A stretch of 32,000 nucleotides of DNA from Pyrobaculum calidifontis JCM 11548 (GTDB lineage: Archaea; Thermoproteota; Thermoprotei; Thermoproteales; Thermoproteaceae), in assembly GCF_000015805.1 (NCBI RefSeq), contig NC_009073.1:1170001-1202000 (forward strand), given 5' to 3'. Below the pieces are notes generated by a model. The model was not told where the DNA came from. It ran no database searches and was given only the letters and a program-made list of their open reading frames with translations. Positions 7,488 through 15,816 of this stretch are shown one piece after another (within the stretch, counting starts at the first letter, position 1; each line of letters starts with the position of its first letter). The translations under genes were made by a program, and so were the position numbers.

Positions 7488-8950
7488 AGAGGTCCCACGC
7501 CTGGCACATACTTCTTCGCATAGAGAATGGGAAACTCGCCGTGGTTCTCTACCCACTCCATTAGCCACCTCTCGTCTACCTTCTCCACCTCCTGCACCTT
7601 CCCATCTACTACCACGCCCACGGGGAAGTTGACTCTGTCTATCGAGGTTGAGAAACACTTCTCAGGGCTGTATTCAACGGAGGTACAAACCTCAAGCAAG
7701 CCGTATTCTCTAACGTAGGTGTATCCAAAAATTTTAAAGACCTTAGACAAGTTATCTGGGTCAACATAGAGCATGCGGTATAGTTGGCGCAAAAACCACT
7801 CCAGTCTCCTGTCCGACTCCAAGTTTTTCGACAATAGAGGCACGTAGCTACCCTCCTTGTAGGGGAGGCGCCACTCCCTAACGCCCAGGTACCTCTCTGC
7901 GTCTTTGCCAAAGACGTATATCCGCCCCTCGCACTTCCCGCCGCGCCTGCACACTCTGCCAACCCTCTGCGCCACGGACTCAGGCGAGTCGGCAGATGTG
8001 ATAAGTGTGTCAAAGCTGACATCTACGCCCGCCTCTATAGCGCTTGTCCCTACCACAATCCTAGCCCCCTGAGCTTCACATTTGTCCGGAACGGGGCACA
8101 ACGCCTCCTCTGCCTTCCGCCTGTCCTCCCTAGTCAGGAGAGAGTGGATAAGCACGGCGCCGTAGTCCCTCAGCTCTTGGTACCACTTAACTACCTTAGA
8201 TATGTTGTTTACAACTATGAGCACCCTCCTCCCGCTCTTCACCTCCTCCTGCGCCACCGCGAGCACGTCTTCTTCACGTATTACCTTTGTCACATACCTT
8301 GTCTCCTCAAGCTCGGCCTCAAAATCTGGGTCGTAGCCAGCGGTGCCCTTAGGCCCCAGCGTCACAAACTCAAAGCCCTTGAAAACCTCCCACTTCCACT
8401 CCCCCAGCGTGGCAGACATTACAACCACTGGAATCTCGGCGTCGACGAGGGCCTCCACAGTGACCCTCAACGCCGCGGCCGCCTTCTGTCCCCCCTCAGC
8501 CATAATATGCGCCTCGTCAAAAAATACGCAAGCCGGATAGATGTAGGCAAAGGGGACGTGGTAGTGCACCGACCTCCCCCGCAACAGCCGGGGCAACTCG
8601 GCCACCGGCGCCTTGAAGAGGTTGTGAACAAATGAATCAATCGTAGTGAGGACATACTCGCCGGTGAAGTAGGGGTCCTTAACGTACCCGCTCTTGACGA
8701 GGGAGATGTCGCCGTCCTGATACGTGAAAGAGATGTCGCCGTATTTCTTGGAGTACTTCTCAAGCGTCTTGTGCAAAAGCGTCCTCAGGGGAAAGACGTG
8801 GATAGCCTTCCAACACACCCCCCGCTCCCTAAACGCCTTGTAAATCACAGGCGCTGCCTCCGTCTTGCCATAGCCAGTGGGCAACTCCAACACCAACTTG
8901 TCAACACCACGCCTCACTAGTTCAACAGCCCTCAAAATAGCGCGTCTCAT
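7484..8950 (-). CDS. cas3': Cas3' DEAD/DEAH-box helicase (type I-A split Cas3)
   Basis: Walker A/motif I LELPTGYGKTEAA, motif II VFFDEAH, motif III VVMSATL, and motif VI-like VAQRVGRVCRRG. Its start overlaps the upstream stop as ATGA (8947-8950). Confidence 0.9.
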   Translation of the reverse strand: MRRAILRAVELVRRGVDKLVLELPTGYGKTEAAPVIYKAFRERGVCWKAIHVFPLRTLLHKTLEKYSKKYGDISFTYQDGDISLVKSGYVKDPYFTGEYVLTTIDSFVHNLFKAPVAELPRLLRGRSVHYHVPFAYIYPACVFFDEAHIMAEGGQKAAAALRVTVEALVDAEIPVVVMSATLGEWKWEVFKGFEFVTLGPKGTAGYDPDFEAELEETRYVTKVIREEDVLAVAQEEVKSGRRVLIVVNNISKVVKWYQELRDYGAVLIHSLLTREDRRKAEEALCPVPDKCEAQGARIVVGTSAIEAGVDVSFDTLITSADSPESVAQRVGRVCRRGGKCEGRIYVFGKDAERYLGVREWRLPYKEGSYVPLLSKNLESDRRLEWFLRQLYRMLYVDPDNLSKVFKIFGYTYVREYGLLEVCTSVEYSPEKCFSTSIDRVNFPVGVVVDGKVQEVEKVDERWLMEWVENHGEFPILYAKKYVPGVGPL

Positions 8951-9828
8951 ATACGCGCCACCAGCCTAGACACTGCATCACGCTCCGCCGAAGTAAGCCT
9001 CCTACTCTGCGTCATATTACGCACAATAGCGTAAAGCTCCCCAACGTCCCCCGTCTGCAAATACCGCAAAAGCGCAGAAGCCACATACGAGGTATAGCCA
9101 GACCTCGCCCGCACCAAATCCAAGTAAAACTGCGCAAACTCCTTCTCTCTGCACAGAGACGAGGCGGAGAGAGGCAGAGAGGTGTAGTACGGGTCCCTTA
9201 TTAACACAAGGCGGGCTGGAACATTACAGTTGCCCCCCAACGTCTGCACCAGAAGAGCATTCGCCAAGACAAACAGTTCAGTAAACCCCAAATCGCCCCT
9301 CGCCATTTCAAAAAACCTCCTATTAACCTCAGCCATCCTCATCCGCTCGTGGATCTTCTCAGGCGGAACCTCAATCACCATGACATAATTCACATCGCCT
9401 ATCCTCACCCGCATAATCCTATCCGCCGCCTCCGCCAGCTTAGCAATACCACACGACGTCTTAAAAACCTCACTCGTCTTAAGCTTATACGGCCTAGAAG
9501 ACCACTTCAAATACTCCTTCATCTCCACCAGCTCATCAGAAGAGAGCCTTTTACCACACACCTCAAAGTCCTTCGGATCTAGGCTCTGCCAATCACCACA
9601 CTCCCCCTCCCTCCGCGACTTGCCCCCCTTGACCTTCAACCCACTCACATAGCTATTAAAGAGCTCTGCGAGACTCCCCACATCTGCACCAGCCAATTCG
9701 CGGCCGCTGACGAGAATAGAGACGGCATTCGCCTTATAGAAATACACAAAGTTCAGAAACCTCTCTACATTTTCCAAGTTTACACACACCTCGGCCGAGC
9801 TTGCCTCTTGGGACTTACGGCGCGGCAT
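8947..9828 (-). CDS. Candidate type I-A large subunit (Cas8a/Csa4-position protein); family not recognised from motifs
   Basis: ORF 8947..9870, trimmed to ATG 9828 (MPRRKSQEASS...), which overlaps the cas5a stop by 14 nt. It is translationally coupled between cas5a and cas3', where a Cas8a-type subunit is expected. The call rests on position only. Confidence 0.45.
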   Translation of the reverse strand: MPRRKSQEASSAEVCVNLENVERFLNFVYFYKANAVSILVSGRELAGADVGSLAELFNSYVSGLKVKGGKSRREGECGDWQSLDPKDFEVCGKRLSSDELVEMKEYLKWSSRPYKLKTSEVFKTSCGIAKLAEAADRIMRVRIGDVNYVMVIEVPPEKIHERMRMAEVNRRFFEMARGDLGFTELFVLANALLVQTLGGNCNVPARLVLIRDPYYTSLPLSASSLCREKEFAQFYLDLVRARSGYTSYVASALLRYLQTGDVGELYAIVRNMTQSRRLTSAERDAVSRLVARI

Positions 9829-10645
9829 AGCTAGGCAACACAGCCTTGAGTTCAACCCCCTCGCCAACAATTCTCACAGCCCTCCAGCCTTTCCCAACCT
9901 CAACCTCCATGTCGTTAAGCGGCTCAGGCACGCAGTAGCGCTTCAAATCCGCAAGAGGATTTTTGCTCGGGCGCTCAAGCATGTAGACGTTGACACACTT
10001 GCTCCACTGACTCCCAGCCTCCTCAGGCGCGTAAAAGCGCGTCTTGACCACCTCGCTCTCTAACGGCTCTACCCTAACCTCAATCGGCGTAGCCGCCACA
10101 AGAGACTCCTTAGGCCCAATCCTAAACACCCTCTTAGCAACCTCAGCCAACTTATCCTCTACCACGTACAACACGTACCCCGGCTCCGCAAAATACGTCT
10201 CCAGCCTAGTGGCAGGCTGAAGAAGAACTTGAACGGCCATCCTAGCCGCATCATAACGGCCAAATCTCTCCAACTCCTCTACACTCTGTCTAACGTTTGC
10301 ATAGTTCTTTAAATCATCGTAGACATCCGCGACTCTCCCCCCTCCGACCAGCTTCATCGCGGCACCGATAACCTTGGCGCGTTGTTTCCTCTGACTGAAA
10401 ATAGAGAAGTGGCGAGAAATGTTTTCAACCACGGCGTAGGGAGGGACCCAGAAGGTGACATACTTAACCAAGTCGAGCAAATCCGCCCCCAACTCCCACC
10501 TCTCCTCAGGATGGTACAAAGGCGCGGCCAAGGCGCCAATGAGAGTTGAAGGCGGCGGGACAGGGGGGCCTCTGCCATGTTCAGCAAAGACTTGGACAGA
10601 GGTGTAAGGAGAGTAAAAATCCACCTTTAGCAAGACGTAACGCAT
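9815..10645 (-). CDS. cas5: Cas5a (type I-A RAMP subunit)
   Basis: The N-terminus MRYVLLKVDFYSPYTSVQVFAEHGRGPPVPPPSTLIGALAAPLY matches the typical Cas5 opening (beta strand, then PPPST-hGAL). Its start overlaps the cas7 stop as TAATG. Confidence 0.8.
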   Translation of the reverse strand: MRYVLLKVDFYSPYTSVQVFAEHGRGPPVPPPSTLIGALAAPLYHPEERWELGADLLDLVKYVTFWVPPYAVVENISRHFSIFSQRKQRAKVIGAAMKLVGGGRVADVYDDLKNYANVRQSVEELERFGRYDAARMAVQVLLQPATRLETYFAEPGYVLYVVEDKLAEVAKRVFRIGPKESLVAATPIEVRVEPLESEVVKTRFYAPEEAGSQWSKCVNVYMLERPSKNPLADLKRYCVPEPLNDMEVEVGKGWRAVRIVGEGVELKAVLPSYAAP

Positions 10646-11580
10646 TACAAGGCTTTGAGGACGCTCTCCTTCACAAGATCTATAAAGCCCTCAAGGGAGT
10701 CGGCGGCTTTTACATCTTTACGAGACCCACAGCTGGTGATGCCCTCCCGGTCGAAGCAGAAGAGCTCCACCTTGCCCAAGTACGACGCCGCGCGCCTAGC
10801 GTTGTAGTCGACATAGTCGTAGAAACGCGGCGGCGACACTGTGAAGTGTTTGTCAGACACCGCAGCCACCCCGCCCAGAGCCTCAAATATGGGCAAATAC
10901 CGCGCCTTCTTGGCGCCAAACAACAAGCCGCCGTAGAGGAGCTTGAGGGCGTCAAAGGCCGCCTCAACCCTCTTCGCCCTGTCCGACACATATGAGCCGT
11001 CGGAGAGCCTGCCTATTCTGTCCACATCGATTGCAACGCCGTGGACATACACCGCAGTCCCCGCCTCAATCTGGAACGGAACCTGTTGTTCGGGGTTCTG
11101 CAAGTTGTACCTCACATGTAGCTGAGGCATAACGACCCCCCTCACAGTTGTGCCATCTGGCACAAGGTAGCTGAACATGACGGGGGAGGTCCTCCTCACG
11201 GCGACGTTACCCTCGCCAGCCGCCATAAAACCGGTTAAATCCTCGATTACGCACGTCTTCACCCTATCATCGTACGACAGCCTCGCATCGTCGGCCCTCT
11301 TAAAGAACCCGCCAATGTTCTCGTAGTTCTTGGCCTGGTCGCTCACTGGCAGGCCGCGCTCTAGCGCGAGTTTTACCAAAGCGGCCATGTAGCCGTAGGC
11401 GATGGACTGCCCAGACACGGCGGGGGCCATAGTCACCTTATACTCCTTTATTGACCCGTCCTCGCCCCTTCTGACGAGGATTATCGGCGCCAAGCGGTGC
11501 CGCGCATAGTTGCCCACAGACTCAGCCATGTTCAACGCCTCGACCTCAGCCCTAAACCTGAGACCTATTGAGACAAACAT
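10645..11580 (-). CDS. cas7: Cas7 / Csa2 (type I-A backbone subunit, DevR family)
   Basis: MFVSIGLRFRAEVEALNMAESVGNYARHR... carries the Csa2 signature (EALNM..GN..RH). ATG 11580 lies 1 nt after the csa5 stop; the track's alternative GTG start is at 11589. Confidence 0.85.
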   Translation of the reverse strand: MFVSIGLRFRAEVEALNMAESVGNYARHRLAPIILVRRGEDGSIKEYKVTMAPAVSGQSIAYGYMAALVKLALERGLPVSDQAKNYENIGGFFKRADDARLSYDDRVKTCVIEDLTGFMAAGEGNVAVRRTSPVMFSYLVPDGTTVRGVVMPQLHVRYNLQNPEQQVPFQIEAGTAVYVHGVAIDVDRIGRLSDGSYVSDRAKRVEAAFDALKLLYGGLLFGAKKARYLPIFEALGGVAAVSDKHFTVSPPRFYDYVDYNARRAASYLGKVELFCFDREGITSCGSRKDVKAADSLEGFIDLVKESVLKAL

Positions 11581-11581
11581 A

Positions 11582-11875
11582 CTACCCACTCATCGCCTTT
11601 GCCAAGGCCTTTAGCGCAAGCTCTTTCGCAAAGTAGGGCCTCTTTTCAATCACCCTCAACGCGAGCTCTACCGATTTCTCAAGCTCAGGCACATTCCTCC
11701 TCTCCGTGGATAGATACCTGAGGGCCGAGTAGAGGGCCTCCCGCGCCAGCCTCATGTAAAACTCGTCGTTGTCCTCCACCCTGCTCAACAAGTCTAGCGG
11801 GCCGTAGACCTTCTCCCGCGCCAACTGAGCCAAAAGCTCAACCACCGGCTCGACGTTGAACTCCCGCTCACTCAT
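11582..11875 (-). CDS. csa5: Csa5 (type I-A small subunit)
   Basis: ORF 11582..11965, trimmed to ATG 11875 (MSEREFNVEPVVELLAQLAREK...). It is a 97-aa all-helical protein directly upstream of cas7, and a TATA box lies about 22-30 nt upstream. The call rests on position and size; no strong motif. Confidence 0.6.
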   Translation of the reverse strand: MSEREFNVEPVVELLAQLAREKVYGPLDLLSRVEDNDEFYMRLAREALYSALRYLSTERRNVPELEKSVELALRVIEKRPYFAKELALKALAKAMSG

Positions 11876-11893
11876 AGGAGCACAATAGGCCCC

Positions 11894-11917
11894 AAATATA
11901 AATATACCACCCTGCAG
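11894..11917 (-). promoter_or_regulatory. Promoter of the type I-A interference operon (TATA plus adjacent CTGCAG motif)
   Basis: The minus strand reads CTGCAGGGTGG-TATATTTATATTT. The TATA is about 20-30 nt upstream of csa5 ATG 11875. Confidence 0.5.
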
Positions 11918-11921
11918 TTTG

Positions 11922-12527
11922 TTAACCAGAATTTTGCAGAAATAAAGAGGCAAGCGCAACAACAAGAGGATCTACGCTATACTTCTTCTTCCTACCGCCC
12001 ACCCCCTTCACCAACCCAGCCTCCTCCAAAGAAGAAAGATGCCTATACGCAGTTGAAACATCAATCCCCACAGCCCTAGCCACCTCCTCCACCTCAGCCT
12101 CCGAATTTAAGGCAGCCAAGATCTCCAACTTCTTCCTAGAAACACGGCCAAGAGCAACAAGTGAGACAAACCCAGACACGTCGACAGGATGCGGCGAATA
12201 CTCAGGCACCAAGAAGAGCCCCGCCCTCTTCACCACGGCGGCCACGAAGGCTACAATCACAAGAGCCCGCGGCCCCCCAGCCAAGGCCACGGCGTCAAAG
12301 GGAATCTGAGCCATCTGCCTCAGCCCAGTAGGCAAATCCCGCAGATCAACCACCCGCTCCTCCCCCCTCCTCAACGCCTTCAAAATACTACGCACCGTGA
12401 CCTCAGACTTGGCGTCGCCCTCGCCGCCTGTCACCCCCCTCACCAAGTATATCTCATCAGCGTTAATATTAGCCAAGGCCCTAACCACTAGATCTGCGTC
12501 AAACCCCACCGTCACCGCGAGCCGCAT
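11922..12527 (-). CDS. csa3: Csa3 CARF + winged-HTH transcriptional regulator
   Basis: The N-terminal CARF-like Rossmann segment is MRLAVTVGFDADLVVRALANINADEIYLVRG. The C-terminal wHTH is EVEEVARAVGIDVSTAYRHLSSLEEAGLVKG. It sits between the interference and adaptation operons, as in other type I-A loci. Confidence 0.8.
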   Translation of the reverse strand: MRLAVTVGFDADLVVRALANINADEIYLVRGVTGGEGDAKSEVTVRSILKALRRGEERVVDLRDLPTGLRQMAQIPFDAVALAGGPRALVIVAFVAAVVKRAGLFLVPEYSPHPVDVSGFVSLVALGRVSRKKLEILAALNSEAEVEEVARAVGIDVSTAYRHLSSLEEAGLVKGVGGRKKKYSVDPLVVALASLFLQNSG

Positions 12528-12605
12528 TGAAGTGCAGGCACCTGCAATTTAAACCTTTCACCACTGCAGAAGTATAAGGATAATACCACGGGAAACTGAA
12601 AGTTT
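12528..12605. promoter_or_regulatory. Divergent csa3 / csa1 promoter region with palindrome TGCAGG-CA-CCTGCA
   Basis: For csa3 (minus): GGTTTAAATT (12555-12546), then the palindrome at 12533-12546, then ATG 12527. For csa1 (plus): CCACTGCAG (12561-12569), then AGTATAAGGATAATA (12571-12585), about 25 nt before GTG 12606. Confidence 0.5.
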
Positions 12606-13454
12606 GTGTTAACCCTCCTAGAGATAGCCAGACTCCTCAAAAGGGCCAAGGTAGTAGCGGGAGGAGCCGAGGTCTCGCCAGACCTCAGAGGGTGGAGCTA
12701 CGACAAGCCACCCGTCAAGCCCCCCGCATACCTCTCCCTGGCGCTGTCCGACTTCGCCTACGGCTACTGCCCCACGGGGAGGAGCCTATACCTAAAATAC
12801 GTCGCGGGGGAGCGCGGCGCCACCAACAAGGCCCTCCTCGAGGGGCAAGTACTGCACTCCGTCCTCTTCCGCGCCGTCGAGGACTACAAGCGATATGTGT
12901 ACTCAGGCCAGCCCATGTCGCCGCCCCTAGAGGGAGTCCCAGAGGAGCTGAAGCCCAAGGCCGAGGCCCTCTACAAGTACATAGCCGCCAGGCTACTCGG
13001 CGAGCACCACTACGTCTACGCCTCCCGCACCGCGAGGGGGAGAGACTCCGCCGCCTTCTACGTCGCCCCACTCGCCACCCAGGTGGCAGTAGACGGCACA
13101 CCCCTCGGCCTATCCACGGTAGTGGCAGACGCCGTGGCCCTAGGCGCGGTTGTGGAGTTCAAATTCGGCCCAGCCCCCAACGTTGAGGCCGCCCTGGCGG
13201 GATACGCCATGGCCATAGAGGCGGAGTGGGGAGTCCCAATAGACTACGGCATCCACGTCCAAATCTCGGTAAACGCCACCGTGGAGTACAGAGCCACGGC
13301 CCACTTCCTCGGAGACGACGCCCGCTCCAAGTTCCTAGAGCTCAGAGACGAGGCCATAGACGTCGTGGCCTCGGGAAGAGACCCCGGCCCAGCCCCCCAG
13401 TGCAACAAGGCCTGCCCCTTCTACCACATCTGCCATGCAGATCGCAGTAGCTAG
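12606..13454 (+). CDS. csa1: Csa1 (Cas4'-like RecB-family nuclease of type I-A adaptation modules)
   Basis: GTG start. It has an N-terminal Cys context (YGYCPTGRSLYLKY) and a C-terminal Cys cluster (QCNKACPFYHIC), typical of Cas4-like Fe-S nucleases. It is 282 aa and is the first gene of the adaptation operon. Confidence 0.7.
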   Translation: MLTLLEIARLLKRAKVVAGGAEVSPDLRGWSYDKPPVKPPAYLSLALSDFAYGYCPTGRSLYLKYVAGERGATNKALLEGQVLHSVLFRAVEDYKRYVYSGQPMSPPLEGVPEELKPKAEALYKYIAARLLGEHHYVYASRTARGRDSAAFYVAPLATQVAVDGTPLGLSTVVADAVALGAVVEFKFGPAPNVEAALAGYAMAIEAEWGVPIDYGIHVQISVNATVEYRATAHFLGDDARSKFLELRDEAIDVVASGRDPGPAPQCNKACPFYHICHADRSS

Positions 13455-14319
13455 CTACGGGACGAGGATAAGGACGAGGAAGGGCCTCCTCGTGGTAGAG
13501 AGGGGCGGGGAGAGGCGGGAGTACCCCCTGCACCAGGTAGACGAGGTGTTCATCCTCACCGGGGGCGTCTCCATAACCTCCAGAGCCCTGAGGGCCCTCC
13601 TCCGCGCCGGGGCAGTGGTGGCGGTCTTCGACCAGCGGGGCGAGCCCCTGGGCATCTTCATGAGGCCCGTGGGAGACGCCACAGGCGAAAAGAGGAGGTG
13701 CCAATACGCCGCGGCGGCAGGAGGGAGAGGCCTCCAGTGGGCCAGAGAGTGGGTGTGGAAGAAGATGAGGGGCCAGCTCCAAAACGTCAAGGCGTGGAGG
13801 AGGAGGCTGGCCCACTACGGCGACTACGTGGAACAGATAGGCAGAGCCCTGGAGGCGTTAAGAGCCGCCGCGTCGCCAGGCGAGGTGATGGAGGCCGAGG
13901 CCGCAGCCGCAGAGGCATACTGGAGGGCCTACGGAGAGGTGACGGGCTTTCCAGGCCGCGACCAGGAGGGAGGAGACCCGGTAAACGCCGCGTTAAACTA
14001 CGGCTACGGCGTGCTGAAGGCCCTCTGCTTCAAGTCCATACTCCTCGCAGGTCTAGACCCCTACGTTGGGTTCCTCCACGTGGACAAGTCGGGGAGGCCA
14101 TCCCTAGTCCTCGACTTCATGGAACAGTGGCGCCCCCGGGTAGACGCAGTGGTGGCGAAGGTTGCCGGGGAGCTCGCCACGGAGAACGGCCTCCTAGACC
14201 ACAAGTCCAGGCTGAGAGTCGCCGCGGCGGTGCTGGAGGAGCTGGGCGCCGGGGCGAGGCCCGTTTCGGCGGAGATACACAGAGAGGCCAGGGCCCTCGC
14301 CAGGGCCATATGTACATAG
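13435..14319 (+). CDS. cas1: Cas1 integrase
   Basis: MQIAVASYGTRIRTRKGLLVVERGG..., ITSRALRALLRAGAVVAVFDQRGEPLG and NAALNYGYGVL are classic Cas1 segments. It overlaps the csa1 stop by 20 nt. Confidence 0.92.
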   Translation: MQIAVASYGTRIRTRKGLLVVERGGERREYPLHQVDEVFILTGGVSITSRALRALLRAGAVVAVFDQRGEPLGIFMRPVGDATGEKRRCQYAAAAGGRGLQWAREWVWKKMRGQLQNVKAWRRRLAHYGDYVEQIGRALEALRAAASPGEVMEAEAAAAEAYWRAYGEVTGFPGRDQEGGDPVNAALNYGYGVLKALCFKSILLAGLDPYVGFLHVDKSGRPSLVLDFMEQWRPRVDAVVAKVAGELATENGLLDHKSRLRVAAAVLEELGAGARPVSAEIHREARALARAICT

Positions 14320-14585
14320 TGGTGGCATACGACGTGTCGGAAGACCACGTGCGCAACAAGGTAGCCGAGACCCTAGCCGCCTACGGCCTCCAGAGAATAC
14401 AGCGCTCAGTTTTCGCAGGCCGCCTACCCCCAGCCCTGGTGAAGGAGCTTGCGGAGAAGCTACGCCGAGTCACAAGAGGGGCAAACGCCGACGTGATAAT
14501 CATAAGAGTAGACAAGAGGGCCCTAGACACCGCCGTGAGGATAGGCCCCGCTCTGCCAAGGGAGGGCAATGTCCACCTGCATTAA
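14310..14585 (+). CDS. cas2: Cas2
   Basis: This is the C-terminal part of track ORF 13698..14585, starting at ATG 14310: MYIVVAYDVSEDHVRNKVAETLAAYGLQRIQRSVFAGRL... (91 aa, the Cas2 ferredoxin-fold opening). It overlaps the cas1 stop. Confidence 0.88.
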   Translation: MYIVVAYDVSEDHVRNKVAETLAAYGLQRIQRSVFAGRLPPALVKELAEKLRRVTRGANADVIIIRVDKRALDTAVRIGPALPREGNVHLH

Positions 14586-15138
14586 CCCATCCCTAATCCG
14601 ACAGTACCTCTACTGTCCAGCCGCCGCCTACTACATCGCCACAGGCCTAGCCGAGCCCCCCACCGAGCGGATGCGCCGAGGAAAGGAGATCCAGCGAGAA
14701 GCCATAGAGGCCATAGCCAAGGCCCTACAAGCCGAGAAGGTAGAACACAGCCCACGCCTAGAGGGCTGGGGAATATGCGGCGTAGTAGACGCCGTCCTCT
14801 GGATACGCGGCAGGCCAGCCCCCCTCGAAGTGAAGTACACCACCCCACCCCCCAAAACCCCACTACCCCACAAAGCGCAGGCCGCCGCCTACGCCCTCGC
14901 CGCCCAAGCCACCTACCGCAAAGCCGCAACACACGCCTACATATACTACGCCGAGGCCGGAGAGGTAAGGACAGTACAACTCACCCAAGACCTAACCCAC
15001 CTCGTCCTCCAAACCGCCGCCCAAGTAGCCAAAATACTAAAAGGCTGGACCCCACACCCCCAGCCCACCCCCAAATGCCAAGGCTGCTGGTACAAAAAAT
15101 ACTGCGGCCACACCCAGACACAAGTAGACACAATATAA
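14569..15138 (+). CDS. cas4: Cas4 (RecB-like exonuclease with Fe-S cluster)
   Basis: N-terminal LIRQYLYCPAAAYY, a central GVVDAV...PLEVKY nuclease motif, and C-terminal CQGCWYKKYC. It overlaps the cas2 stop by 17 nt. Confidence 0.88.
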   Translation: MSTCINPSLIRQYLYCPAAAYYIATGLAEPPTERMRRGKEIQREAIEAIAKALQAEKVEHSPRLEGWGICGVVDAVLWIRGRPAPLEVKYTTPPPKTPLPHKAQAAAYALAAQATYRKAATHAYIYYAEAGEVRTVQLTQDLTHLVLQTAAQVAKILKGWTPHPQPTPKCQGCWYKKYCGHTQTQVDTI

Positions 15139-15254
15139 CACCCAGGGGACTTAACACCTTCACTAAGCCCCTCACAGCAAGTGCTTCTATCCCTCAACTT
15201 TCTGCCAGAATTTTTACATATTGTACCCAGTCGTGTCCCGTTGTGATTACATAT

Positions 15255-15816
15255 CTTTTCAAATCTCTTTTAGAGGTTCGCGCACTCTGTCGCAGTGAAG
15301 GCGGCCTGCGACACGTCGAATTCATTTCAATCCTCTTCTTGAGATTCCTTCGCCGTGGGTCTCGCGATTGGGTTCATTTTAGGTGGGGGCATAGCTTTCA
15401 ATCCTCTTCTTGAGATTCGGGTAATTAGGATATGGGAGGCCGCGGGTATGAAAAGATATGCTTTCAATCCTCTTCTTGAGATTCATACTAACGTGTCCGC
15501 ATATGAAACCTACGCATTAAGAGCTTTCAATCCTCTTCTTGAGATTCTCTATTTGTAAAGGGGCGAATTTACGCCGTTGTTAAACTATGTAAACTTTCAA
15601 TCCTCTTCTTGAGATTCCTCGCCCCGCCCGGGAGTGGGGGTACGACGGGGGCCGGGGTCGCTTTCAATCCTCTTCTTGAGATTCACCAGTTGACGAAGGT
15701 CTGGTCTCCGTGGTTGGACCAGTTCGAGAACTTTCAATCCTCTTCTTGAGATTCGCCAGCGCTCTCTCCAGAGCTGGCTTCCGCATTATCTGCTTTCAAT
15801 CCTCTTCTTGAGATTC
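15255..15816 (-). CRISPR. CRISPR array 1: 9 repeat copies (7 exact, 2 degenerate at the low-coordinate trailer end), 8 spacers
   Basis: The plus-strand repeat is CTTTCAATCCTCTTCTTGAGATTC (24 nt). Copies start at 15324 (C1 to A), 15395, 15461, 15524, 15594, 15661, 15731 and 15793. A fossil copy CTTTTCAAATCTCTTTTAGAGGTTC is at 15255-15279. Spacers are 38-47 nt. The strand is assigned because the reverse complement GAATCTCAAGAAGAGGATTGAAAG ends in the canonical 8-nt crRNA 5' handle ATTGAAAG. Confidence 0.95.

Noticed and set aside
1330-14309. Many Arg/Pro/Gly-rich alternative-frame ORFs inside GC-rich genes (for example 1330..2154, 2925..3299, 3342..4346, 4540..5178, 12692..13186, 12715..13101, 13342..13815, and the N-terminal 204 codons of 13698..14585)
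   Set aside because: They overlap genes with strong family motifs. Their composition is what off-frame translation of high-GC coding sequence produces. Only the last 91 codons of 13698..14585 (cas2) are real.
15198-15221. Possible third fossil repeat (CTTTCTGCCAGAATTTTTACATAT) upstream of the 15255 fossil copy
   Set aside because: Only the first 5 nt match the repeat, and the spacing (33 nt) is off. This cannot be told apart from chance.
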